64,000 bases of DNA, taken from assembly GCF_004010195.1 (NCBI RefSeq), contig NC_057711.1, positions 71,462,511 to 71,526,510 of the forward strand, in the 5' to 3' direction. Shown here piece by piece: positions 48,450-61,373 of this stretch; the first letter of the stretch is position 1; the number at the start of each line of letters is the position of its first letter. Made by a program: the position numbers and the translations under genes. The DNA is from Chiloscyllium plagiosum (lineage: Eukaryota). The notes beneath the pieces were generated by a model. The model was not told the origin of the DNA and ran no database searches. It was given only the letters and a program-made list of their open reading frames with translations.

Positions 48450-49345
48450 TGGAGGGTTGGGGTTGGGGGATTGTCAACTAGGAGGAAGCCATGTCAGTAG
48501 CGTGGTTTTGGAAAGTGGAATCATCCAAACATATATGACATCGCCGATGGAATGGGGAAAATGGGATGGAATCCTTGCAGGATATGGGGTGTGATGAGCT
48601 GCAGTAAAGGCAACTTTGGGAGTCATTGGATTTGTAGTGGATGGAAGTGACAATATATTCACTGGAATGGAGATGGAGAGGTCAAAGAAAGGAAGGGAAG
48701 TGTTGGATATGGACCATGTGAAATTTAACATCTCTGTCTCCATTTTGAGTGACCGCTTTGCAGAACAGCTCCAGTGCATGTGCAGGCAGGACCCTGACAT
48801 TCCCATAGCTGGTCATTTTAACACATCATCCTGCTCACATGCCCACACGTCTGTCCTCAGCATGCTGCCGTGAATCACAGCACAAACTTGAGGAACAACA
48901 TCGTATCTTCAGACTTGGCACTTTACAGCCTTCTGGGCTCAAGATTGAGATCAAACACCTTCAAATTGTGAACCGCTTCCATTTTTTGCCTTCCTTTTAG
49001 CTTTACTTGTCACAATCTCTGTCACCATGTTCTCTCTCCCCTTCTGTCACTCCAATGTAACTGTATTCTTTCCAGTCTGGCAATCAGGCACACCATTGTT
49101 CTGCCACTCTCACACTCCAATTGCTTAATCTGTACTCTCAGCAGCCTCTCTCCCCCAGCACTCCTTCTCACCACTGTAGCATAACTGCTGCCTCCTCCAC
49201 ACTTCATGTCAGTTCTGACAAAGAGTCATCTAAACTTAAAACATTAGCTTGCTCTCTCTTTTCCATGGATGCTGCCTGACCCACTGCAATCGCCAGCATT
49301 TCTTGTTTTTACTACAGATTCCAGCATCTGCAGTAATTTGCTCAG
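48450..49345. mobile_element. PLE family 3 with internal inversion
   Basis: About 48450-48725 is minus-strand RT C-terminal sequence (NFTWSISNTSLPFFDLSISI). About 48730-49345 is plus-strand GIY-YIG tail (DRFAEQL..IAGHFNTSSCSH) and terminus with a decayed hammerhead at about 49212-49248. Confidence 0.85.
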
Positions 49346-49379
49346 AATAAATTTCACCATTCTGGCCAGGGACAACCTG

Positions 49380-49900
49380 TGAGTGAATAAAAGAAAGGGG
49401 GAATTCATTGACATACACAGAGGGGAAGTGGGAGCAGCAGATAGGTATGTGGGATGCAGTGACACTCATTGCCCTGAAGGTGCAGCAGTGCAGTGCATCA
49501 TGTGACTGTTAACTACCTCGTGGACAGGTTGGCAGTTGCCATGGAGAGCAACGTTCAGCAATACAGGGATCACACACTAGCGATGTGCACAAACCTGCAC
49601 CCCAGCCACTGACCCTCAAGATCAAAGGCATGGTGCCAAGGAGATGGAGAACCTGGAGAACAAGGGGATGGACAGACCCCAGGTGTCCTTTCCTTACAAG
49701 GAGACAGGGCGGTGCCAAGAGGCACCCAACAGGAGGATGAACTACACCCACTCCCTCAGAAGGCTCCACTCAGGACACCCCAGAGGCAGCCACCTTTATT
49801 TTCACCCTCAGAAGATGATGCCGGGGAGGGTAGACGTACTTTTAACAAGGAGATTCTCAGCATACTAAACTATTCAGTCACATGGGAACCCAGGGTCACC
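49380..49900 (+). mobile_element. Possible Harbinger accessory-gene C-terminal fragment
   Basis: VDRLAVAMESNVQQ..MCTNLH.. and P/G-rich GTQQEDE..QDTP resemble the tail type seen near the transposase fossils. Confidence 0.4.
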
Positions 49901-50242
49901 TGGCGAAATCTCCAGAGACAATAAGCTCCACTATCAAGCAGGCTCCTGCCACTCCAAATACAGAATTTGGGAACGCACAAAGACATAGTGAGAGGGAGAG
50001 GTAAAGGAAACAGACTCTTTGACTCCATTTTAGTGGCATAACTGACAATCCACCATCCCTGATTTTGCATTTCTCTTAAACTTCACTGATTTTTCTTTAC
50101 ATCTGGTTGTTTGTCTCTGCATAGCTCCAAATGTTTGTGTTACAGTGTGAGGCATTATTTCATGTCCACAGACAATGTTCCATAGATGGTAGTCTGAGGT
50201 GACAGACTGCTGCATCATCTGCAAAGTATATACAGGGTGCTG

Positions 50243-50400
50243 ATGCACAGCAGGTCAGGCAGCATCCGAGCATTCATCAGGGCTCCTGCCCGAAATATTG
50301 ATTTTCCTGCTCCTTGGATGCTGACTGACCTGTGCATTCCCCAGCACCACTCTAATCTTGACTCTAATCTCCAGCATCTGCAGTCCTCACTTTCGCCTAG
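50243..50400. mobile_element. PLE family-1 mini-element with short inverted arm, 14-bp TSD
   Basis: TSD TATACAGGGTGCTG at 50229-50242 and 50401-50414. Confidence 0.85.
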
Positions 50401-51849
50401 TATACAGGGTGCTGCCTAAACCTCTTTGAATAACATCCCGACTCATTCACAGCCAATGTGCAAGTGTGATTGATGTGTTCAGTGATGTCTGAGGCAGGGA
50501 TCTGCAACATAAAAAGGGGAACAAGGCATTTGGATGGCTCAAGTTTTGATAAGTAGAGTTACATGCGTGTGGTTCATAATTATTTATCTGGAGCTCAAGT
50601 CTATTTGCTGACAATAAATATTGGTCTGTGCTTTCTAACATCCTGGATCTGAAAATCAAGTAAATTGGAGAATTTTTGCATGCTTCTATCAACTATTTAA
50701 GTGATGTCTCAGGGAGTAGTGGGGCTTGATTTCCAGCATGCTAATCCAGTGATACATCACAATGGTCAGGGATTAGAGACCCTGCAGGTCTGTACCCTGG
50801 ACAGCATAATGGTCTGTGTGCAATATTCGTTTCCTTTAAAACATCAGTGGTGCTACAGATCTAACAGATCAAGTCACTTACTCTCACAAACACACAGCCC
50901 AGAGAGGCACCCACATCCGGTCATTCAACTGAGTGCCTATCCCTGCATGCAAAATGTTCCTGCGGCAGTCTTTCAACTCTTTCTGCGAATGCGTCTTGTA
51001 ATACAAATCTGTGCTTCCCGAACCACTCTGCCCGTGAATCAGAGAGGTACCCCAGGATGGCCATAATGGGGTGCCAACTGCTGGATGCCAATTTCCTTGG
51101 AAGGAGGGTGTGTACAGTTGGTGCCCATGGATCTTACCCTAAGATGCACTTTACTTGGGGATCATTCAGAGCAAATGGTAAGTTGAATCCTCCATGTACC
51201 TGCTCTGGCTTCCAAGTTGAGATTTCTCAATGTGTAACTTAGCTGAAGAATTCAGTAAGACAAATAAGATGAAAATCAGTGAGTTGGGCCATCTCCAAGT
51301 TGTGTAACGAGCAAGAATACCTTTAAATTGGCCTCATGAGAAACCCACCTTATGGTTTTGTTGAAGCAAAGTTGTTCCCGACATCATGATGGGTCTAGCT
51401 AGACTTCTTACCATCCCCATGTTACTCAGATCAGATCACCCCAGTCTCTTATTATATTCAGATCCATTGCAAATATGTCTCACAATTTCAGGGTTTCATG
51501 ATAAACTATGCTTTGCTGAATTTGTTGCAAAAATTTCAAGAGAATAACTGATGTGCATTGATTTCTCCTTTTACATGTAGAATGTAGTGCAGCTGGGCAT
51601 TGCTGTTACTGTGGAAACTGAGGACATATAAATCCTGAGCTCACTTGGTACTCACTAACTATAAAACTGCTGACAGTGCATCAGGAAGACCAGATACTAC
51701 GTACATACCTCCCATCATTGGAGCCTTTGTCAGCCTCTTACAAGATCAGTCACTTCTGTAGAGATAAGATTTGTAGTGAGGATTCCCTGTATCGGAGACT
51801 CTGTATCTCTGGCCACCCCAATGACTTGCTGACAATCAATGACCATCAA

Positions 51850-52152
51850 GTAGGGTGAATAATCAAGGTCTTTTCCCCAGGGTAGGGGAGTCCAAAACTA
51901 GAGGGCACATGCTTAAGGTGAGCGGGGCAAGATTTAAAAGAGTCCTAAGGGGAAACCTTTTCACACAGAGGGTGGGGTTGCGTGAACAGAATGAGCTGCC
52001 GGAGGAAGTGGAGGAAGCTGGTACATCTGGATGGGTATATGAATAGGAAGAGTTTGGAGGGATATAGGCCAAATGCTGGCAAATGGGACTACAGTAATTT
52101 AGGATAGCTGGTCAACATGGATGAGTTGGACTGAAGGGTCTGTGACTCTATC
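51850..52152 (+). mobile_element. CR1 3' end
   Basis: GLFPRVGESKTRGHMLKV..FTQRV..NELPEEV and 3' UTR. Confidence 0.92.
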
Positions 52153-52361
52153 ATGATAGTAAAAAATAGAAGTGGATCAGATCTCAGGTTTATGTTGGGA
52201 TTATGGCCAGGGGCAGTGAAGAAAATATTGGCAATTGAAAAAAACAACATTTAGCATCTATTCTTCTGCAACAAAGTATGCTGCACCTTTTAAATTCTGG
52301 GGAACACTATACTGAAAACATTGGAGGCACGGTGAATGACAACTTTTGAGAGAACAGTATA

Positions 52362-52503
52362 CAGAACAACCTCGATAATCCGAATGGGACGAACTGGGAT
52401 TATTTTGTTCAGACAACCGATTGTTCAGATAACAGATCTTCAAATCTTGTTTGGATAATCCAAAATTTGGATAATTGATGTTTGGATAACCAAGGTTGTC
52501 CTG
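52362..52503. mobile_element. Tc1/mariner (pogo/Tigger-like) MITE
   Basis: TA-CAGAACAACCTCGATAATCCGAA ... TTGGATAACCAAGGTTGTCCTG terminal inverted repeats, with internal TT(C/T)GGATAA-like repeats. Confidence 0.7.
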
Positions 52504-52514
52504 AATTGCAAATT

Positions 52515-53430
52515 CCAAGCTAGAGTGGTGTAGGAGGGAGAGTTCAGATTTATGGGACATTGGGACCAGTTCTGGGGAAGGTGGAACTATTGTAAATTGG
52601 ACGGTCTACACCTGAACCAGAACTAATGTCCTTGGGGAAGTGTTTGCTACTGCTGTTGGGAAGGTTTTAAACTAATGTGGCAGGGGGTTGGGAACCAGAA
52701 GAGAAGACTACTAGACAGTGAGGTGGAAACTGGATTCTGTAATAATCATGAAGTTAGCATTAATAAGGGGAAGAGTAGGCAGAGGGCAGATGAACCAAAA
52801 GAACTGGTGGCCTGAAGTGCATATACTTTAATGCAAGGAGTATAGTGGGTAAGGCGGATGAACTTAGGTCTTGGATTGGTGCCTGGGAGTATGACGTTAT
52901 TGCGATCACAGAGACTTGGTTGAAGGAACAGCATGATTGGCAACTAAACATTCCAGGATGTAGATGCTTCAGACAGGACAAGGAGGGAAGTAAAAGGGGG
53001 GGAGGAGTTGCATTGCTGGTCAGGGATGATATCATGGCTGTGCTAAAGGAGGACCTATGGAGGGCTTGAGCATTAAGGGGTTATGAGTGGAACTGAAAAA
53101 TAAGGGCGAAGTAACATTGGTGGGGCTATATTACAGGCCTCCCAACAGTGAGTGTGAGATAGAAGAACAAACAGGTAAACAGATAATGGAAAGATGTAGA
53201 AACACCAGGGTGGTGGTGTTGGGAGATTTTAATTTTCTCAACATTGACTGGGATACACTTAGTGTCAGAAGTCTGGATTTGTAAGGGGCAGAATTTGTAA
53301 GGAGCATCCAGGAAAGTTTTCTAGAGCAGTATGTGAATAGTCCGATGAGGGAAGGGGTCATATTGACCTGGTGTTGGGGAATGAGCCAGGCCAGGTGATA
53401 GAAGGGGGATTTCTTTGGGTTTAGTGACCA
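52515..53430 (+). mobile_element. CR1 ORF1 end (SGNH esterase-like) and ORF2 start (APE endonuclease), decayed
   Basis: FRFMGHWDQFWGRW..DGLHLN then LKCIYFNARSIVGKADELR..IAITETW..GGGVALLV..YYRPP..GDFN. Contains stops and frameshifts and runs into a gap. Confidence 0.93.
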
Positions 53431-53930
53431 NNNNNNNNNNNNNNNNNNNNNNNNNNNNNNNNNNNNNNNNNNNNNNNNNNNNNNNNNNNNNNNNNNNNNN
53501 NNNNNNNNNNNNNNNNNNNNNNNNNNNNNNNNNNNNNNNNNNNNNNNNNNNNNNNNNNNNNNNNNNNNNNNNNNNNNNNNNNNNNNNNNNNNNNNNNNNN
53601 NNNNNNNNNNNNNNNNNNNNNNNNNNNNNNNNNNNNNNNNNNNNNNNNNNNNNNNNNNNNNNNNNNNNNNNNNNNNNNNNNNNNNNNNNNNNNNNNNNNN
53701 NNNNNNNNNNNNNNNNNNNNNNNNNNNNNNNNNNNNNNNNNNNNNNNNNNNNNNNNNNNNNNNNNNNNNNNNNNNNNNNNNNNNNNNNNNNNNNNNNNNN
53801 NNNNNNNNNNNNNNNNNNNNNNNNNNNNNNNNNNNNNNNNNNNNNNNNNNNNNNNNNNNNNNNNNNNNNNNNNNNNNNNNNNNNNNNNNNNNNNNNNNNN
53901 NNNNNNNNNNNNNNNNNNNNNNNNNNNNNN
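53431..53930. other. Assembly gap (500 N)
   Basis: N run. Confidence 1.
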
Positions 53931-54073
53931 GTTTTAGGATTTTCACTGTACCAAATAAACTAAAATCAACACAAATCAAACATTATTTAACTAAAATACC
54001 AAATTACTAAAAAAGCTACTTTGCATTAACTACTTAGCTCAATCAAGCTATGCCATATGAAATAGTCTTATAT

Positions 54074-54345
54074 TAGTGGTTTGCGCTGCTTCCTTACAGT
54101 ATCCACGACCTGGCTTCAATTCCAGCCTTGGGTCACTATCTGTGTAAAGTTTGTATGTTCTCCCTGTTTCTGCTGTGTGGTCAGGTTTCCTCCCACAGTC
54201 TAAAGATATGAAGGTTAGGTGGATTAGCCATAGTGAATAGACATTACAGGAATAGGGGGGAGCTGAGTCAGGGTGAGATGTACTTTTGGGCCTATAGAGA
54301 CTCAATGGAATGAATGGTCTCTTTCTGTGTTGTGGAGATTCTATG
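54074..54345 (+). mobile_element. HE1/V-SINE, decayed
   Basis: TTCAATTCCAGCCTTGGG..GGTTTCCTCCCACAGTC..tail. Confidence 0.8.
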
Positions 54346-55814
54346 GTTTTCTCCACACTTCTAGCAGATTTATATCAATGCACATTTAGTTTCCAGTCAC
54401 TTCTGGCCTTCATGCATGCTCGTTTCTCGCTGTGACACCAGGTCAAATATTTTCTTGTCTTTCAAAAAGCATTTAATTAAGTCTGAATGTTCCATAACAG
54501 CCTTGCTCACAACAGCAAGGCTCACCTTGAAAATTCCTTGTTCTTTCAGTCTTCAAATGATTCTTTTTCTTTGTATCCCATCCTTTTAAAAGAAAATCCA
54601 CAAATACAAGAATTCAGCTTAGTTGTTAATAGATAAACAGTTCACTTTACTCTTCACATCAATAGTTGTTGCTTCACTACATGTAGTAATTGCTTTGTGT
54701 TTCTTGCTCTGCTGCTCTGTGTCTTTCTAAAGAGCAACTGTCCCTTTCCTTTTTCCATCATGTGGAAACAGTCAACAGCATTTCAATAAAATTTGACTTA
54801 TGTTTCCTTCCCCATGACAACTAGGTCACATCTACCTGGATTCCAACAGAGATTTAGAATGACAACCAACTATCCTCTCCAGAAAATTCTGTTCCTCCTT
54901 CAGTTAAAGGGGAAATTTCAACACATAAATAAATATTGCTGTGAAAAGATTTTGTCACGGTTTTTTGTATTGCACTCTTCGGATCAATTCCTAAGATTAC
55001 TAATTCAAAAGAAAAATGACATTTATATTGCATGAGAGGAAATTGCTAATTGCTTGGCAACTGAATTCTGATTGGTAGAGGTGTTGTCACGTAGAATGCA
55101 CCAATTAAAGATAATTGACAGTTAACTGCCAACTAGATCGACTCTGATTGGTCTGAGAAAATATGAATGCCTTAAACCCATTCAGTTTATATGATATAAA
55201 ACAAGAAGTGATCTGATCAGGGGAGCCATTATCCTGCAGAATGACTTGCGAAATTTTTGAACAACAAATTTGCAAGGTAAACATATGATTGGGGCTATGT
55301 TACGGGGTTGCTATTAAGGCCAATTTTATAGTGTATGGAACTATTAGAATCTCAATGTGTACACTGAAAGGTGATGGGGCATAAAACTATCACTTTTGGT
55401 CATGAAATGTGTCCAGTCTAAGATTACCCTGAAAGGGGAAAGTTTTCCCAAACATTGAAGCAACTGGTGAAGCTAGCTGTATCACATTGCTGCAATGCTG
55501 TGGCTACATGAATGGTGTTGACCACACACAGGATGGTGCTGTCAAGCGAAAAGAATTTTCTACCTATCATGTAACTGTGTAATCTGGTATATGAAGTTCA
55601 GTGTTGGTGTGATACCAAATATGGAGCCTGTACATTCCAAAGACTGGCAGTTTGTATAAAACAACATATCACCTTGGCTGTTTGCAACAAGCAACTACTG
55701 ACTGTGCCCACTCTATAAAACTTGCAACACAATGTCCAATATTAGAAGTGATTCTGCAACATATATGGGATAATGCTGAACATACAAAGAAATGGTTGAC
55801 AATCAGTTCAGGAT

Positions 55815-56046
55815 CAAGATTAGGGTGGTGCTGGAAAAGCACAGCAGGTCAGGCAGCATCCGAGGAGGAGGAAAATCGATGTTTCGGCAGGAGCCCTTCA
55901 TCAGGAGTGGCTCCTATGGCAGGAATGATTCCTGATGAAGTACTCCTGCCCAAAACGTTGATTTTCCTGCTCCTCGGATACTGCCTGACCTGCTGTGCTT
56001 TTTCAGCACCACTCTAATCTTGACTCTAATCTCCAGCATCTGCAGC
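55815..56046. mobile_element. PLE family-1 fold-back mini-element
   Basis: TCAAGATTAG..TTCATCAGGA is inverted as TCCTGATGAA..CTAATCTTGA with a spacer of about 20 nt. No TSD is visible. Confidence 0.88.
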
Positions 56047-56233
56047 AGAATAGGTCCAGTCAAGGATAGTAGTGGGAAGTTGTGTGTGGAGGCTGAAGAG
56101 ATTGGGGAGACACTGAATGAATACTTTTCGTCAGTATTCAATCAGGAACAGGACATTGTTGTCAATGTGAGTACTGAGTCACAATTAAGTAGAATGGATG
56201 GCTTTGAGGTATGTAGAAAAGAGGTGTTGGAAA
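56047..56233 (+). mobile_element. CR1 ORF2 internal fragment
   Basis: RIGPVKDSSGKLCVEAEEIGETLNEYFSSVF. Confidence 0.88.
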
Positions 56234-56430
56234 NNNNNNNNNNNNNNNNNNNNNNNNNNNNNNNNNNNNNNNNNNNNNNNNNNNNNNNNNNNNNNNNNNN
56301 NNNNNNNNNNNNNNNNNNNNNNNNNNNNNNNNNNNNNNNNNNNNNNNNNNNNNNNNNNNNNNNNNNNNNNNNNNNNNNNNNNNNNNNNNNNNNNNNNNNN
56401 NNNNNNNNNNNNNNNNNNNNNNNNNNNNNN
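56234..56430. other. Assembly gap (197 N)
   Basis: N run. Confidence 1.
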
Positions 56431-56828
56431 TGTACAGCACAGAAACAGACCCTTCGGTCCAACCTGTCCATGCCGAACAGATATCCCAACCCAATCTAGT
56501 CCCACTTGCCAGCACCTGGCCCATATCCCTCCAAACCCTTCCTATCCATACACCCATCCAGATGCCTTTTAAATGTTACAATCGTACTAGCCCTCACCAC
56601 TTCCTTTGGCAGCTCATTCCATACACGTACCATCCTCTGTGAGTAAAAGTTGCCCCATAGGTCTCTTTTATAACTTTACCCTCTCACCCTAAACCTATGT
56701 CCTCTAGTTCTCCCACCCCAGAGAAATATTGTGTGGTTTCTATTTATCCTATCCATGCCCCTCATGATTTTATAAACCTGTATAAGGTCACCCCTCAGCC
56801 TACATAACCTCTCCCTATAGCTCAAATC
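56431..56828 (-). mobile_element. CR1 3' end
   Basis: Reverse complement of the CR1 3' UTR and C-terminus. Confidence 0.92.
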
Positions 56829-57036
56829 ATGGATCAGTGTGTGTGAAGGACTCTCTACTTTTCTGTGTTAAGGAGGAGAGGAGAGGAGACTGATTTCTGA
56901 ACAGCCTGAAACCACACAATATTTCTTATTTACTGCTGTTGGTATCTTCCTACTGAGGAGGAGTTTATTTTGAATTTTTGTTTTTCTTTATTATTTATTG
57001 TGAATGTTTGTTTGAAAAAAAATGAAAAAGAAATCT

Positions 57037-57162
57037 GGAGTATTAGAGGTTCTGTTCATTCTGAGAGCTGGCTCTGAGGAATATGAATCAGTGTCGAGAA
57101 CCCTCCACGTGTAAGTAAAAGATGACTTGGTGACAGATACTGACCTCTGAGGAACTGTTTCA
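57037..57162 (+). mobile_element. LTR 3' half, same family as 19741-19954
   Basis: AGAGGTTCTGTTCATTCTGAGAGCTGGCTCTGAGG...TGTTTCA ends at the same CA terminus. Confidence 0.75.
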
Positions 57163-57302
57163 TATAAGAAGCCAGTGAACCCATCTTTGATTCATTTCTC
57201 AGGGCAATGCCCTCAAGAATTAGAGTCAACCTGCCTGACTTATATTTTAAACAAAACCTGGTGATATTTGGTGCATTCACCATGGCATTACAAGTGTGGC
57301 AT

Positions 57303-57406
57303 TATCAGGATTCCTGATGAAGGGTTTACGCCCAAAACATCACTTCTCCTGCTCCTCAGATGCTGCCTGACCTGCTGTGTTTTTCCAGCACCCTCTCTCG
57401 ACTCTG
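57303..57406 (+). mobile_element. PLE family-1 mini-element, decayed
   Basis: ATCAGGATTCCTGATGAAGGGTTTACGCCCAAAAC..CCAGCA, with a short inverted ATCAGGA at the head. Confidence 0.78.
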
Positions 57407-58436
57407 ACACAGCCAAGTGAAGGAGAATAAGTAAACTCGCTGAACATTTTAGAGAATAAAAAAACTCTTGGCTCCTTTTTTGATCATCAACACTTCTGTG
57501 GAACATTTTTCCATATCTTTATTTGTTTAAAGCACTATGTAAATGCTGTTTGTTGTTGATTTCCTCTACAGAGTGCAGCCAACAAAGGACTATCTAGGCG
57601 AACTAGCTTACTTCGGTACACTCCAGTAGTTTATAAGAACCTGCTGTCATAAACTCAATGTTACTGAGCCTAGAGTATGGCAATGTTCATGGCCTTTCAT
57701 TATTTCACTCTCACGTTCTTTCTCAAATATTACATATTAAGCAGTTTGTGTTCTGGAACTGATTAACATTAATTGGTTCAGGCTACCAGAATGCAAAATG
57801 TTACAAACAGTGCTCAAAGGATTCAATACACCAAAGAAATTGAAAACAGCTTATTCTTCATTGTGGGTCATTCAGCCAATACGCCCAGCAAATGGCACTT
57901 TGACTGGCAAAGAGCTTATAGACTACCGGTCAAACAGTGTAGCTGAATTCTCGAAACTTATGGCTCTGAATGTAACAATGAAGAAAAGTAAGGAATAAAC
58001 TGGTAGAGATGAAAAAAATCAGCTAAGGTGACATACTTTAATTTATGAAATAACAAGCCTGCCAAACATACCAGTCTGACAAAATAAAAGCTGATAACCC
58101 AATGACACCATAGATCTGTAAGAGTGGCTCATCCTTGTTTATTTTCTATTGTTTTCACAGAATGGTGGTGTTGCTGGTCATGCCAGCATTTGTTGCCATT
58201 CTATTCCAGAGGCTGTGGAAGCTCAATCACTAAGTAAGTTCAAGTCAGAGGCTTCTAGTTACTGATAACTTTGAGGAGTGGGCGGATAATATGGGAATAA
58301 GGCATTGAGTAAAATCATCAGCCATAATCCAATACAGCAGAGCGGACCTGAGGGCTAAATAGCCTATTCCTACACTTGGGTTCCTGTTTCTAATTGTTCT
58401 TGAATTAAGTTACCGTGTGAGTGCTAGAGTCACATA

Positions 58437-58563
58437 GAGAGACAAAATTACTGCAGATGTTGGAATCCAAAATAGACAGACAGGAGGGTGGAAGAACATA
58501 GCAAGCCAGGCAGCATCAGGAGATGTAGCAATCGATGTTTCAGGTGTAACTCTTCTTCCGGAC
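58437..58563 (-). mobile_element. PLE terminus mini-element
   Basis: Flanked by AGTCACATA (58428-58436 and 58564-58572). The minus strand starts CCGGAAGAAGAGTTACACCTGAAACATCGA, a decayed hammerhead. Confidence 0.75.
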
Positions 58564-58617
58564 AGTCACATACAGCTCAGATCAAAGAAGAACAATAGAT
58601 TTGCTTCCCTAATTATA

Positions 58618-58885
58618 TTAGTAAACCAAGGTGTTTTTTTCCCAGGATAGGGGAGCCCAGAACTAGAAGGCATATATTTAAGGTGAGAGGGGCAAGTTTT
58701 AAGAGGGGCCTGAGGGGCAACCTTTTCACGCAGAGAGTGGTGCATGTTGGGTACATGAATAAGAAGGGTTTAGAGAGATATGGGCCAAATACTGGCAAAT
58801 GGGACTAAATTAGCAAGGTATCTGGTCGGCATGGACTAATTGGACCAAAGGATCTGTTCTACTGCTATATGACTCTATGACTCTG
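58618..58885 (+). mobile_element. CR1 3' end
   Basis: AGAACTAGAAGGCATATATTTAAGGTGAGAGGG.. with a (GACTCTAT)n tail. Confidence 0.9.
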
Positions 58886-59603
58886 AGTAGATCTTTACAA
58901 CAATTAATACTTCATAACTCCAACACTTAGACTAGCTGTATATCCTCGGTTTGAATCTGTGTCCCAGGGGATTAACTCTGTGTTTCTGGCCTCTACTTTT
59001 TTGATGAATTCCTGCTATTGAGGAAGGTTATTCAAAGTGTAATGAAAGAAGACTTAATCAGGTATTGAGTTTTTTCACATCATAAACGTTTTAAGTATTA
59101 AGAACTTACTAATGTACCCCAATGGTGCTATTGTATAATTCAGTTTATTTTCTTAACGTCATTTGAATAATTTTAAGTCTGTTACTCAGTTCATTACAAA
59201 CGGTGTCATCATCCATCAGATGTAAATCTATACTGGTACTTTCAAGTGCTATCCTCAGAGTCTGTAGTGTACTGTATGGCTGAAACACTTACTGTCAGAA
59301 ATGTTTATTCCAATATGGTATCTTCAATGGAAATCAGTCACAAGTCATAGCATCAGAAGCATCAAGTAGGATACAGCAGCAACAGTAAAGAATTTAACAT
59401 TGCAAATGATTGGTTTGTGGGATAGCCTTAGTGCTGTATGGAAAGTTAAGGTGCCCTCTGATCTGCACTCCAAAGTATCCTTGAAATGGTAGTTACAATT
59501 CAAAGTTACGCTGTATTCATTTGTATAATCAGAAAAACAAATTCTGGCAAATGTTGGCATCCAGATTGTGCAGATTATACCAGGGAAGAGCAAGTCAGTT
59601 CTC

Positions 59604-60210
59604 AGTTGAGAGTGTGTTGCTGGGAAAGCACAGCAGGCTAGGCAGCATCCAAGAAGCAGGGAAATCGACACTTCAGGCATAAGCCCTTCATCGGGAATGG
59701 GGCTTGTGGGCCAGGACTGAAGGTGGAATATGAGGCGTCTTGTCACCCTGATGTAGAGGAGACCACATCGGGTCTACCGGGGAGACAAGATGCCTTCTAG
59801 CGGATCGCTTCAGAGAACATCTCTGGGACACCTGCACCTACCAACCCCACCGCTCCGTAACTGAACACTTCAACTCCCCCTCCCTCTCAGTCAAGGACAC
59901 ACAGGTCCTGGGCCTCCTCCACCGCCGAACCGTTACCACCTAACACCTGGAGGAGGAACGTCTCATATTCTGCCTTGGGACCCTGCAACCACACAAGATA
60001 AATGTTGACTTTAATAGCTTCCTCATTTCCCCTCCCCCAACATTATCCCAGTCCCAAGCCTCCAACTCAGCACTGCCCTCCAGACCTGCCAATCACTTCC
60101 CGCACCCCCCCAGACCTATCACCTTCTCCCTCACCTTCATCCACTTATCGCTTTCTCAGCTACTTTCCCTCCAACCCCATCCTCTCCCATTTATCTCTCA
60201 ACTCTTGGAA
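59604..60210. mobile_element. PLE family 1 with inverted terminus
   Basis: Minus-strand terminus at 59604-59710 and short minus pieces, then plus-strand DRFREHL..EHFNSPS..LEEERLIFCLGTLQP. Confidence 0.87.
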
Positions 60211-61007
60211 ATACCCAATTTTTTCAAGATCTATCAAGATCCTGCAGCAAACGTCAAAATGTGTTTTTATAAATGGACATTGAAATAACAGAACTTTTTT
60301 TTTCCTCTATGTACATGGATACTTATGGATACTCAATGAGTTGCCATTGTAGATGAAAAGGGAAAGAGTAGGTAGAAGCTCACATTGCGGTATAAGTGGC
60401 CATGGGGGATGGTAGAGGGCATTAGGTTGCATGGATTGTCATGGGTGCAGCATGGGTGTTTGTGGGGTGAGGGGGAGCAAGTGGGGTATGAAGCTTGAGA
60501 TTTGGAGGAACTTTAAAAAATTCTCCCCTTTTGGAGAGGTAAGGTACCCTTTGGTCTGGACGTGGGACATCTGTGGTAGAGGCAAGGCACCTCAAGGGGA
60601 GGTATTATTTTGGATTATGAAAAGGCAAAGTTGTGCATAAGAAGTGCATAAACTCATTGGGATTGCTAAAGTTCTCATGAAAATATGGAAAAGCCATACT
60701 GGATATTTTCAAAGTACCTGTTCACACAAAACTAGTACAGAATTGGATTTGTGGTTCAAGATTTGCCAGGCTATCATTTTCACATTGGGGTGTTTTGTTA
60801 TTCACAGCTGCAGCTGCTTATTGAATGCATCTTCTTTTGCTGACATAAAATATCAAGCATTTAAATGAGATGTCCGTTTACGTAAAATGTTGAGCACTTG
60901 AATGAAAGGTTTGTTTATATTGGACATCAAGCCCTTAAGGTGATGGTCTTTATAAGGGATGAGTCGAAGCAATTTCAATATAAAGGTTTTTTTAAATATG
61001 ATTGGAG

Positions 61008-61262
61008 ACATAGAGTCATTGAGAAGTACAGCACAGAAACAGTCCCTTCTGTCCCACTCATCCATGCACGCTATCGTAACCTAGTCTAGTACCACTTGCC
61101 AGCACTTGGCCCATATCCCTCTAAACCCTTTCTATTCATGTACCCATCCAGACACCTTTTCAATGCTGCAATTATACCAACCCCTAACACTTCCTCTGGC
61201 AGCTTATTCTATACATGCACCACCCTCTGCATTAAAAAGTTGCCCCTTAGGTCCCATTTATA
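61008..61262 (-). mobile_element. CR1 3' end
   Basis: CATAGAGTCATTGAGAAGTACAGCACAGAAAC tail. Further CR1 sequence occurs at about 61787-61842. Confidence 0.9.
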
Positions 61263-61373
61263 NNNNNNNNNNNNNNNNNNNNNNNNNNNNNNNNNNNNNN
61301 NNNNNNNNNNNNNNNNNNNNNNNNNNNNNNNNNNNNNNNNNNNNNNNNNNNNNNNNNNNNNNNNNNNNNNNNN
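61263..61373. other. Assembly gap (111 N)
   Basis: N run. Confidence 1.

Noticed and set aside
57798..57998. 66-aa ORF in unique-looking sequence
   Set aside because: No recognisable domain and no convincing splice sites. The length is expected by chance.
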